From NCBI GenBank assembly GCA_964016885.1, contig OZ024742.1, positions 6,696,001 through 6,760,000 of the forward strand: a stretch of DNA of 64,000 nucleotides. Direction: 5' to 3'. Below are positions 14,981 through 25,166 of the stretch, piece after piece (position 1 is the first letter of the stretch; the number at the start of each line of letters is the position of its first letter). Both the position numbers and the translations under genes were made by a program. The DNA is from Eledone cirrhosa (taxonomy: Eukaryota). The notes under the pieces are model-generated. The model ran no database searches, was not told the DNA's origin, and worked only from the letters and a program-made list of their open reading frames with translations.

Positions 14981-15856
14981 TTATACTTCTCTTAGGTCAG
15001 TGTTGTTTGTTTGGGTGTTGTTGTTGTTCCACTCATTCTTTCTGTTTAGCTTTGGTCTTCTAATTTCTATTTCACTGGCCTCTCTGATTTGCCTATCTGC
15101 TGGGTCATTCCTATGTTTAGATATTATTCTAATTTCTATGTTGTCTATGTTACCGTCATGTTGTTGTCTAGCATGTTCGTATAGTACTGACCCGTTTTTT
15201 CGTCCTTTTAGTTCCCCCCAGTGTTGGTCTATCCTTTCACCTATGCTACGAGCTGTCTCACCTATGTATGTTGTTGTCATGTTTCTGCAAGTACCCTCTG
15301 TACATCTTATGCTATAGACTACGTTTCTAGTTTTACAGTTTATCCGGGGGTTCACCTTACAAATGATACATTTCCTATTGGTACAGTGGGTTTTCTTAAA
15401 AGGGTAGGTTTTGCTGATCAGGGATTTTATGGTGGTTCCTGGCTTTTCTACCACCTTTATTTTTAAGTGGGTCTTTCTCAGGGCCTTTCTACACTGGTTA
15501 GCTAATTTCCCTCCAGGGGTGGCGTCCACAAACATGACAATCTGATATCTCTGGTTGTCGTACCATGATGTGGCCTTCCCTATCTTATGTCTAGCCCTAT
15601 CTAAGCTATTCCATGATTTGCTCCTGTATAGTGGGCAAATTCCTTTCATGTCCAGTTCTATGAGGGTCTTATACTTTTCCATGGCTCCTTCGTATACTCT
15701 GACTCTGTCTCTTTGGTTGTAGCCAGAGAACTGCATGCGGTTGATGAAGTGTTGGATGTGTCCTTCCATTTCTGTTGGGTCGCACATGCTGGACACATTC
15801 TTCATCACTCGTACCAAATCTGCGATCAGAATATTAAACTTAACACTACTGGACAT
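14981..15856 (-). CDS. PLE ORF fragment (RT thumb end, Cys-rich linker, GIY-YIG endonuclease), left arm
   Basis: VVYSIRC...YIGETARSIGERIDQH...REASEI...LN: GIY-YIG motif with conserved R, H, E, N; no RT catalytic core. Confidence 0.85.
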   Translation of the reverse strand: MSSSVKFNILIADLVRVMKNVSSMCDPTEMEGHIQHFINRMQFSGYNQRDRVRVYEGAMEKYKTLIELDMKGICPLYRSKSWNSLDRARHKIGKATSWYDNQRYQIVMFVDATPGGKLANQCRKALRKTHLKIKVVEKPGTTIKSLISKTYPFKKTHCTNRKCIICKVNPRINCKTRNVVYSIRCTEGTCRNMTTTYIGETARSIGERIDQHWGELKGRKNGSVLYEHARQQHDGNIDNIEIRIISKHRNDPADRQIREASEIEIRRPKLNRKNEWNNNNTQTNNTDLREV

Positions 15857-16755
15857 TGCTGATACTCAAAAACTCAGCAATGTCCAGTAGTGCTAAGTTT
15901 AATATTCTGATCGCAGATTTGGTAAGAGTGATGAAGAATGTGTCCAGCATGTGCGACCCAACAGAAATGGAAGGACACATCCAACACTTCATCAACCGCA
16001 TGCAGTTCTCTGGCTACAACCAAAGAGACAGAGTCAGAGTATACGAAGGAGCCATGGAAAAGTATAAGACCCTCATAGAACTGGACATGAAAGGAATTTG
16101 CCCACTATACAGGAGCAAATCATGGAATAGCTTAGATAGGGCTAGACATAAGATAGGGAAGGCCACATCATGGTACGACAACCAGAGATATCAGAGTGTC
16201 ATGTTTGTGGACGCCACCCCTGGAGGGAAATTAGCTAACCAGTGTAGAAAGGCCCTGAGAAAGACCCACTTAAAAATAAAGGTGGTAGAAAAGCCAGGAA
16301 CCACCATAAAATCCCTGATCAGCAAAACCTACCCTTTTAAGAAAACCCACTGTACCAATAGGAAATGTATCATTTGTAAGGTGAACCCCCGGATAAACTG
16401 TAAAACTAGAAACGTAGTCTATAGCATAAGATGTACAGAGGGTACTTGCAGAAACATGACAACAACATACATAGGTGAGACAGCTCGTAGCATAGGTGAA
16501 AGGATAGACCAACACTGGGGGGAACTAAAAGGACGAAAAAACGGGTCAGTACTATACGAACATGCTAGACAACAACATGACGGTAACATAGACAACATAG
16601 AAATTAGAATAATATCTAAACATAGGAATGACCCAGCAGATAGGCAAATCAGAGAGGCCAGTGAAATAGAAATTAGAAGACCAAAGCTAAACAGAAAGAA
16701 TGAGTGGAACAACAACAACACCCAAACAAACAACACTGACCTAAGAGAAGTATAA
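15856..16755 (+). CDS. PLE ORF fragment (RT thumb end, linker, GIY-YIG endonuclease), right arm
   Basis: Same protein as left arm except V/A and I/S; frame stays open through the palindrome loop (LLILKNSAMS). Confidence 0.85.
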   Translation: MLILKNSAMSSSAKFNILIADLVRVMKNVSSMCDPTEMEGHIQHFINRMQFSGYNQRDRVRVYEGAMEKYKTLIELDMKGICPLYRSKSWNSLDRARHKIGKATSWYDNQRYQSVMFVDATPGGKLANQCRKALRKTHLKIKVVEKPGTTIKSLISKTYPFKKTHCTNRKCIICKVNPRINCKTRNVVYSIRCTEGTCRNMTTTYIGETARSIGERIDQHWGELKGRKNGSVLYEHARQQHDGNIDNIEIRIISKHRNDPADRQIREASEIEIRRPKLNRKNEWNNNNTQTNNTDLREV

Positions 16756-17017
16756 ATAAGTAAATAAAATTAAATAAAATAAGATAAATAAATACATACA
16801 CAAGCACATAAACACACACTAGTCACCCAGCAGACACAACACTATACACACTAGTCACACATCACACTATACACACACGCAAACGCATGCGCAAAGAAGA
16901 CAAAATAAAATAAGATAAACAAACAAGCAAATAAATAAATAGATATATAGACAGACTGAACAAAAAAAAAAAAAATGGCGTAGACATACAACACAACAGG
17001 AGGAACAATGAATATAA

Positions 17018-17060
17018 CACCACTGACGATGTTGCAGATGTGCAACGAAAGATTTATGTA
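17018..17060 (+). ncRNA. Hammerhead-like motif in the PLE 3' repeat (mirror copy at ~14676-14717, minus)
   Basis: CTGACGA(17023)-T-GTTGCA-GATG-TGCAAC-GAAA(17047)-GATT-TA; perfect stem II, weak stem I. Confidence 0.65.
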
Positions 17061-17334
17061 AATTATGTAAACTATATATATGTGTTTGTGTCTATATTGT
17101 ATCTGTATTATTTTTGACCGCCGGTCAGTCAATGGCAACATTGAGGACCGAGTAAGTTAGATCGCAGATATATATATATAAAAGACAGCGAGAAGCGAAA
17201 ACCAACCAAACAGTGAGTGTGTTCTGTTATTAATTCTGGCAATATTACGCAAATATGACCCTCCCCAAATATAACAATATCTGTTTCGACACACGATTTC
17301 ATATAAAAAACCTCGCAAAACTAATTCATCGCCG

Positions 17335-17384
<50 letters not shown>

Positions 17385-17392
<8 letters not shown>

Positions 17393-17948
17393 GTACATAC
17401 ATATATGTATACAGACGTACTGTAGTATGTATATATATATACATACCTGCACACATATATATATGTACGTATGGATTCACCGAACATTTATTATAATGCT
17501 CGGTGTGTTTGTAAACAAACATCCCGTATTAAGCCGTAGTGTCTAGCAACCATCGTTGCTCGTTTGTTCAACACTGACAAAGGAACGTTGTACTAGTTTC
17601 AAGCTTATTATCTATCGTCAGCAACGTAAACCTTCCTGCCAGATTGTTGAACGTATATACTTACCTTATGCATATTAACGGCTGAGTAGCCCAATTTGCA
17701 TATCGAGTGGGTTAATCGGCCGGGTAAAACGATAAACGATAAACGGAGAAAATGAAACGAAATTTCATTTCCCACTCTTAGTACGGCTGTTACTTACGGT
17801 TTAATACGGGATGTTTGTTTACAAACACAGCGAGCATTATAATAAATGTTCGGTGAATCCATACGTACTCATATATATGTGTGCATGTATGTATATATAT
17901 ATACATACTACTGTACGTCTGTATACATATATGTATGTACGTGTACAT
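17385..17948. repeat. ~150-bp inverted repeat (17385-17538 / 17795-17948) enclosing a hammerhead; pLTR-like remnant
   Basis: GGATTCACCGAACATTTATTATAATGCTCG..CATCCCGTATTAA occurs reverse-complemented about 260 bp downstream. Confidence 0.8.
17585..17627 (-). ncRNA. Minimal hammerhead ribozyme motif
   Basis: Minus strand ACGTTG-CTGACGA-TAGATAATAAGCTT-GAAA-CTAG-TA-CAACGT: perfect 6-bp stem I, palindromic stem III ACTAGT, weak stem II. Confidence 0.75.
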
Positions 17949-18019
17949 ACTTATATTTGGTGGACAGCACGGGCGCGGGTGAGAGCGGTGTGGACGAGAG
18001 AGGGGGGGAGGGTAACCTC

Positions 18020-18600
18020 TGCGGATGAAATGGCTGACTAGGGAAAGGGCCTGGGACTCAAAGTCAGCATCTCGGCTACAGAGGCGGCGGATCCTGAGGA
18101 GTTGGGAGCAGGAAATAGTGTTTAATGTGTGGGTGGGGTGGGAGAAGGTGAAGTCGAGGTAGGAGTGGAAGTCGGTGGGTTTGAAGAAGGCGGAGGTGAT
18201 GAGGGAGTGGTGGGAGGGGTGGAAGGCGACGGAGATGTCTAAGAAGTGGACGTGGGTGGTGGAGATAGAGGTGGTGAAGTAGAGGGAGGGGTGGAAAGAG
18301 CAGAAGAAGGAGAGAAAGGAGTCGAGCTGTTCTCGGGTGAGGGTCGTGGCTCCGATACAGTCGTCGATGTAACGACCGTACAGTTCGGGCGTGGGGCCGG
18401 TGTACTGGGCAAAGATTTGGGCCTCAACATGGCCAACAAAAAGGTTGGCATAGTTTGGACCCATTCTTGTACCCATGGCTACCCCCGTGACCTGTTGGTA
18501 AAACTCACCCGAGAAGGAGAAACGGTTGAGGGTGAGGACCAGCTCGGCGAGGCGAAGGAGGGTGGGGTGGAGGGGATGGGGGAGGGGCGAAGGTCGAGGT
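18020..18600 (-). pseudogene. PLE reverse transcriptase fragment (resembles Neptune-type PLEs)
   Basis: FYQQVTGVAMGTRMGPNYANLF, GRYIDDC, FLDI, FKPTDFHSYL, SQLLRIRRLCS. Confidence 0.88.
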
Positions 18601-18639
18601 AGATATATATATATTAGACATATTACGTGTTAGATTCCC

Positions 18640-19723
18640 GGACTTCCACACGGGAATATACCGCGACGATGGACTGACCTTATCGAACCATAAAAGTGGT
18701 CAAGACCTCTACTGGTTTACTTAGCTTCTACCTTCAATGAGTTAGGACTTAGGATAACAGTAGCTACCAACCTCTCTAGCGTAGATTTCTTAGACATTAA
18801 TTTAGACTTTCGCACACACCTACAGACCCTTCCATAAGCTAAACGAAAAACTCAATTACATTCACAAGGACTCATGCAACCCTCCCACTGATTTTAGAAA
18901 CTTCGTAAATAATATCAGTACTAGAATCTCAAACCTATCCTCTAATATCTTTGACAGGGCGGCACCCTACTATAACACGGCGTTAGCTAACAGCGGCTTC
19001 TCGCAACCTATCACTTACTCTCCCACTAACAACAACAGCAATAAGAAAAGAAAGCGTAACAATAGACAAACTATCTGGTTCGCTCCTCCCTTCTCAGTCA
19101 ACGTTAAAACCTATGTAGGCAAAAGAATTCTAGCCCTCTTAGATAGACACTTTCTCATAGGTCATAAATACCGCTCCATCTTTAACCGACACAAAGTAAA
19201 ACTAGGATACTCCTGCGCTAAGAACATGAAGGCTGACATCACCAACAGCCCTAAGAGCAACACCCCATCAGGGTGCTATTGCCGTAAGCCCAAAGCTTGT
19301 CCCCTTCAACAGCAATGCAACACACCCGCTGTAGTTTATGAAGCTGTGGTCACTTCCAACCGACCAAATCAACCACAGGAGGTCAAATCCTATGTGGGTA
19401 TGGCGGAGGGCCAATTTAAGTAAAGCATCCTGAACCACCAGTCTACCTTTAGGTACCCGGACAGACGTTCATCCACGAAACTCGCGAGCCACGTATGGTC
19501 CCTCAAGGACTCAAGTATAGACTACTCCATTCAATGGAAAGCCATCACTAAGTCCAAGCCATACGCAAGGGCCAATCCGTGGTGTGGACCATGTATTGAT
19601 AAACAAATAAATATTCTAAAGAGATTGCGCAATAGTGATTGCCTAAACATGAGGACTGAATTCTTCACACGTTGTCCACACGTCTGGAAACACCTCTTAC
19701 ATAACTTCAAAGCTCCGGATTGA
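18640..19723 (+). pseudogene. PLE RT C-terminal half plus GIY-YIG, decayed (resembles Naiad-type PLEs)
   Basis: GIYRDDGL at 18653, VDFLDI, IWFAPPFS, KLGYSC, CYCRKPKACPLQQQC, VVY..YVGMAEG.FK*..NH, C..C, LNMRTE...CPH; frameshift near the start and TAA at 19421; ends TGA 19721-19723. Confidence 0.85.
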
Positions 19724-19892
19724 ATTACAACAACATCCTAATTTTCTTATCAACTAAAAAATGTTCGGACTTTCGAAGTTATCTCCCTTACACCTCTCGC
19801 ACGCATTTTAGTATTGCCTGTGTGAAGTGATCGTTTCTGCGCATGCGCGTTCGTACAGTTGTCCTTCCTGTTCCGTATAACAATGTCTATTA

Positions 19893-19930
19893 CGAGCTGA
19901 GGATCCGCTAAGCTGAAACAATAGTTCTCG
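19893..19930 (+). ncRNA. Degenerate hammerhead motif in the 3' repeat of the upstream PLE
   Basis: CGAG-CTGAGGA-TCCGCTAAGCT-GAAA-CAATAG-TT-CTCG, 170 nt after the PLE stop codon. Confidence 0.55.
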
Positions 19931-19994
19931 GTATGGTGAACTAACTGTTGTGTAACCACTTATATATATATATATATATATATAATATACAAAT

Positions 19995-21030
19995 GAAAGG
20001 TATAGAAAGTATTGTAGCAAGAAGCCAACAGTATTCCATAATATATAAGTGACTATAGCGTCAAAATGGGAAAATAGTTAACGTAAGATGTGGGAAAAAT
20101 AATTCAAACTCAATTCAAAAAGAAACAGGATATAGATTTATCCAACAGAATTTAGTGAAATCCATGGAAAAATCAATAGAGCCTTAACTCATGATAAAAT
20201 AAAGTTTAAAATACTCATCCTTCAATTTGGCACAACTACAAATGCTCTGTATAGTCTTGAAAAAGACTATTTCACGAAAACTTTCAGTGGAGATGGTCAC
20301 GGTTGGAATACGATCATTAGCAGAGCTCAACACGATAGCCAGATTCTCACTGATTAATATGCCAAAAAGAGAATTTAAAAGCAGGCTAGTTTAACATCAT
20401 GCGTGATTATGAAAATAAAACGCACGTGTGGAAAAACAGGGCTGGTGACGTCAGAATGAGATGAATGTTTGTTTACATGAAACAACAGTCAAAAACATTC
20501 CGAAAAAACTCTACAATAAGGAGTTCAGCAAAAAGCAATATTATCGCGTTTTTTTTTTTAAATACCGGGTTTAGTCACAAATAATTTAAGCACTCTAGGA
20601 AAGAAATCCGAGTATAAATATATAAATAAAAGGTATAGAAAGTATTGTAGCAAGAAGCCAACAATATTCTATAATATATAAGTGACTATAGCGTCAAAAT
20701 GGGAAAATAGTTAACGTAAGATGTGGGAAAAATAATTCAAACTCAATTCAAAAAGAAACAGGATATAGATTTATCCAACAGAATTCAGTGAAATCCAGGG
20801 AAAAATAAATAGAGCCTTAACTCATGATAAAATAAAGTTTAAAATACTCATCCTTCAATTTGGGACAACTACAAATGCTCTGTATAATCTTGAAAAAAAG
20901 TATTTCAAGAAAACTTTCTGTGGAGATGGTCACGGTTGGAATACGATCATCAGCAGAGCTCAACACGATAGCCAGATTCTCACTGATTAATATGCCAAAA
21001 AGGGAATTTAAAAGCTGGCTAGTTTAACAT
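19995..21030 (+). repeat. Two copies (19995-20398, 20628-21030) of an unclassified ~400-bp element; third copy at 30909-31308
   Basis: AAAGGTATAGAAAGTATTGTAGCAAGAAGCC...GGCTAGTTTAACAT repeated; each copy begins after a TA-rich tract. Confidence 0.85.
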
Positions 21031-21174
21031 TTCCCGGACACTTGCACCCCTCCCCTTTCCATTCACATTTTTTAAAATTCTGTTTTTATTTATTTTGATT
21101 TCTATTTTCCCCGTCCTTTCATGTTCTTCCAATTAACTCCCCTCCTCACCCCCTCACGGAGCCCCCGCACCCTG

Positions 21175-21240
21175 CTTTTCTGATGAAGGACTTATGTCCG
21201 AAACGTCGTAACCTCCTCCACTTTACCAAGCGAAAAGCTA
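21175..21240 (+). ncRNA. Hammerhead-like core in a probable solo PLE terminal repeat
   Basis: CTGATGA(21180)-A-GGAC-TTAT-GTCC-GAAA(21200)-CGTCG-TA; no adjacent stem I, though GCTTTT could pair with AAAAGC at ~21233. Confidence 0.55.
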
Positions 21241-21360
21241 ATGACACCATGTACTATTGACTTTTGCGTGTGTTTGTCTGTTTTTTGCTATATATGTATG
21301 TGTATATATATATATATATAGTATAAAAGAGAAAACACAGGTATATATATATATATACCC

Positions 21361-21449
<89 letters not shown>

Positions 21450-21873
21450 GGTGTGTGTGTACAGAGTGAAAGAGAGAGAGAAATTGGATGTGAGTACGAT
21501 AAGATGGCAGTTGATAGTGTAAGAAGGGTTACCCTACTCGAGGAAAGCAACACAGTACAACATGTTTTCAAAGTTCAGGGTATATAATGATTGAAAAGTA
21601 TAGAAACAGCAACCAACTTGAAACCTCAGTGAAGAGGTGTCTGAGAAGGGGGATGTGTGAAGTTAATTTGGATTTACTCACATGGAAATAGCAATTATTG
21701 TCTTTTGCCATTCCTTATTAATACAGCAGCTCAAAGTTTACATTAACAGTAATTTTACGCATGCACTACTCTACTCAGGTCCGCATTAATTTTACATTGT
21801 GTTAACACGCAGAACTTCGAGCTTGTTTGTGTGCGTGTATATATGTATATATTTACACACACACACACGCAGG

Positions 21874-21910
<37 letters not shown>

Positions 21911-21911
21911 G

Positions 21912-21957
<46 letters not shown>

Positions 21958-22159
21958 CACACACACACATATATATATATATAAATATATACATATATAT
22001 ATATACTGTCCACTCTTTCACTCTGTCTAGGAGGTTTTATCCCCAAGCTTTTAAACTATTCTTCATAGTTAAATCTGTTAACTTTAACCTAAAATACATT
22101 AAATATTCATACCTTTCTCACCGGTTCTGAACGTAGATTGTATATATATACATATATAT

Positions 22160-22390
22160 ATGATGGCTGCCACCTCGTTATCGAGTATAGCTATTGCACG
22201 ATATACGATTATTAATAAGTATTAATTAATTCTATCCCTCAATGCCTGTGCGTGAAGATAGTTTATAAAGTGAGGAAAGACTGTGCACTGAGCCAATCCC
22301 ACTCTCTGAGCGACAGTAGCTATAACCCGAAAAGAAGAAAAGATGAACATCATCGGTAACTACTGAGCCGCAGGTTTATATCGGAGCTAT
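22160..22390 (-). mobile_element. Shorter relative of the RTE-derived element at 7286-7890
   Basis: Shares TGATGGCTGCCACCTCGTTATCGAGTA and AATGCCTGTGC..CCAATCCCACTCTCT..CAGGTTTATATCGGAG blocks. Confidence 0.6.
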
Positions 22391-22700
22391 ATGTATATAT
22401 ATATATATATATATACATATGAAACTACATACATGTTGCAACTCTCTATATATATATATATATCACACACACGCATATACATATACATCTAAAGAGAGAA
22501 AGGGAGGTGTAGAGAGAGGGAGAGTGAGATAGGTCGTTATACAGAGAGAAGTACAAGATAATCAGATAGAGAGACAGAGAGAGAGAGAATGGCGACGAAC
22601 GCTGGTTCACACACACACACACACAAACACATACATATATAAAGACAGAGAGAGAGAGAGAGATAGAGAGAGATCTGCGCGTTCTTTATTGTTCTCCATT

Positions 22701-22808
22701 CTTTCTACTTTTGGCACAAGGCCAGCAATGACCCAATACATTACTGGTACTTTATTTTATTGATCCCGTAATGATGAAAGGCAAAGTTAACCTCGACGGG
22801 ATTTTAAC
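22701..22808 (-). mobile_element. 3' part of the tRNA-derived SINE
   Basis: Reverse complement of 458-566. Confidence 0.8.
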
Positions 22809-23114
22809 TTTGCCTTAAAATAGTCAAAGTAACTAGTGAAGATTTAGGCCAGTACATACGTATGCGCCGACGGACATACACATACATATACATACGCACA
22901 CACAAATACATACACACACACACAAACATAACACATATATATACACACACACGCGCGCGTGTGTGTGTGTGTAAACCTTATGCATTTCTAGAGTATTTTC
23001 ACCAAACTTAAGACATAGCTCACTTATGTACTCCGGATGGTCATGGGTACTTTCATTTTTCCAGATATTGATTATAGGGTCTCCCGGCAGATAACCCCCT
23101 TTAAACACTTCCTT

Positions 23115-23705
23115 GGAGTCGACTACTTCACCTACCTAGGAAGCTCCATTAACAATGAGGACACCATGGTCAGTGAACTGCAATGTAGAATGGGAAAGGC
23201 TTCAGCAGCATTTAACCAGCTTGACAATATCTGGAAGAGCAGGAAATTCACCCTTAAAACAAAGATGAGATTCTACAACAGCAACCTGCTGTCCACACTC
23301 TTGTACGGAAGTGAAACATGGCACCTTAAGACCAGCCAAGAGAAGAAGTTGGACGCATTCGATTCCAGGTGTCTGCGAAAGATGCTGGGGATTAAATGGA
23401 GTGACCATGTAACAAACCAGGAAGTCAGGAACCGCACCAACCAGCAGCTAGTCTCTTCTACCATCTGCAGGCGACGCCTGGGCTGGTTTGCACACGCTTG
23501 CAGACTTTCCCCGGAGAGACTGGCGAACCAAGTACTTAAATGGAGCCCGGGGGGGGGGGGGGGGGCAGACGGAGAGAGCGACCCAAAATGAACTGGCGCC
23601 AGACAGTTGAGAGGGACCTGCGGGTGACAAACAGACAATAGCGGGACGCTGTGCAACTGGCTGCAACGCGGGAGCTTCTGAGTCTGAGTTGGAGTCGACT
23701 GAAGC
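23115..23705 (+). pseudogene. 5'-truncated RTE-clade LINE, C-terminal ORF fragment (family distinct from 25179-28313)
   Basis: [44 protein letters not shown]; frameshift in a poly-G run at ~23550. Confidence 0.85.
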
Positions 23706-23709
23706 ACTG

Positions 23710-23980
23710 CAGTGCAGTGCAACAACACGTCATAACTTCTGGAGTTCGCAACCGATTTTCACAAAAGTTGACACATGGGCTACGTTTGGTATACAGATGA
23801 ATGTGAACTCTCAGAATTGGCACATATTGAGTAGGGGACCTCTGGGGGCAGGAACCCCGTTTGGAAAAACCGATGATTTTGTAAAAGTATAGTTTTCGAA
23901 GCAGCACTGAAGTATTGACATAAATGGTATACATAACTGCTATTTAATACGCGAGCAACGCCGGGTACCTCTGCAAGTTT
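23710..23980 (+). mobile_element. Probable non-autonomous Helitron-like element
   Basis: Ends with GC-rich CGAGCAACGCCGGGTACCTCTGCAAG, resembling a Helitron 3' hairpin plus CTAG-like terminus. Confidence 0.45.
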
Positions 23981-24220
23981 TATATAAACTGCATTAGGAA
24001 AGAATTAGCGACAGAAAATTATTATGTTTATTTAAGTGATCGCCACCTGAAGTGATGACATCACACACTCTCTCTTTCTATGTATATATGGTAGTTGAAG
24101 TGGTGGTGGTGGTGGCAACGATATACCGGGAGTGCAACTTTGAAAATAAGTCAATTTTAAATTATTTTTGTTTACGAAATTTAGTAGATAAATTATGTAA
24201 TATTAATTCATTATTTATTC

Positions 24221-24312
24221 CGTGGATTGGCAGTATCGGTAGAGGGTCGGACGCCATGCTTTGACGCATAGAGTTACGACCCTTTCCATTCTGAGTTCAA
24301 ATCCCACTGAGA
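24221..24312 (+). mobile_element. 5' head of the tRNA-derived SINE, truncated
   Basis: Matches 384-472 including A and B boxes. Confidence 0.8.
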
Positions 24313-24935
24313 CAGACAGAGAAATTGCTGGTTATATATATAAGTAGACTAGCAGAAATCCGCCCACGGGTGGTTTTCTGCTAGTATATATATTACACAC
24401 ACAGAAATGTATATATATTTCTGTAGCACTCCTCAATTCCCCCCTCTCTCCCTCCCGCTATCCCCCTCTTGTAGTCTGTCTCTTTCTTTCACTCTCACTC
24501 TCTCTACGCGTGCGCAAAAAACATTCGCACGCGCGCACGTGTTTTAGCGTCTATTCACTCTCTCTCTCTCCCTCTCTCCCTCCCGCTATACCCCTCTCGT
24601 AGTCTGTCTCTTTCTTTCACTCTCACTCTCTCTCTACGCGTGCGCAAAAAACATTCGCACGCGCGCACGTGTTTCCACTGTCGGACAGACAGATAGAGAA
24701 ATTGCTGGTTATATATTATAAGGAGATATCGTCTTTTTTTAATGTATCATGGATTATGTTACTGATTACATAAGACAGTGTAACAACGTCTTCGTTTAAT
24801 TTCTGTTTATATTGTCAATTACGATTTTATTTGATGTATCATATCTACATGTATATATACTTGCGTATAATATCAATATACACACTACACATGCTAGCAG
24901 AAAACCACCCTAAAGGTGGTTTTTCTGCTACTATA
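24312..24935. repeat. Composite non-autonomous repeat: two palindromes and a ~105-bp direct duplication
   Basis: CTAGCAGAAA..TTTCTGCTAG hairpins at 24348-24385 and 24894-24931; 24440-24543 repeated at ~24570-24673; AGAGAAATTGCTGGTTATATAT twice. Confidence 0.6.
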
Positions 24936-25081
24936 AATAATATAAAATATATAATATATAAAGGTACACTCTTTAGTTTTTTATGCCCTTGAGAAGCCCT
25001 TTCGGGCGAAACGTATGTAGGTGCTGCTTTAAATAAACATATTTTAACGGTTTTCTTCTCCTTTATATACTTCTCCATATG

Positions 25082-25162
<81 letters not shown>

Positions 25163-25166
<4 letters not shown>

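Larger units (their letters stand above)
14455..17280. mobile_element. Head-to-head inverted pair of 5'-truncated Penelope-like elements (2.8-kb palindrome)
   Basis: 14455-15862 is the reverse complement of 15874-17280 with only a few differences; 11-nt loop TACTCAAAAAC at 15863-15873. Confidence 0.95.

Noticed and set aside
18640-19960. Selenocysteine recoding in the Naiad-like PLE
   Set aside because: The internal stop at 19421 is TAA, the Cys motifs use TGY codons and I could not identify a SECIS
24984-25024. Hammerhead remnant TTGAGAA-GCCC-TTTC-GGGC-GAAA-CGTATG-TA
   Set aside because: Stem II and GAAA intact but the CUGANGA core is broken; kept only as a decayed relic
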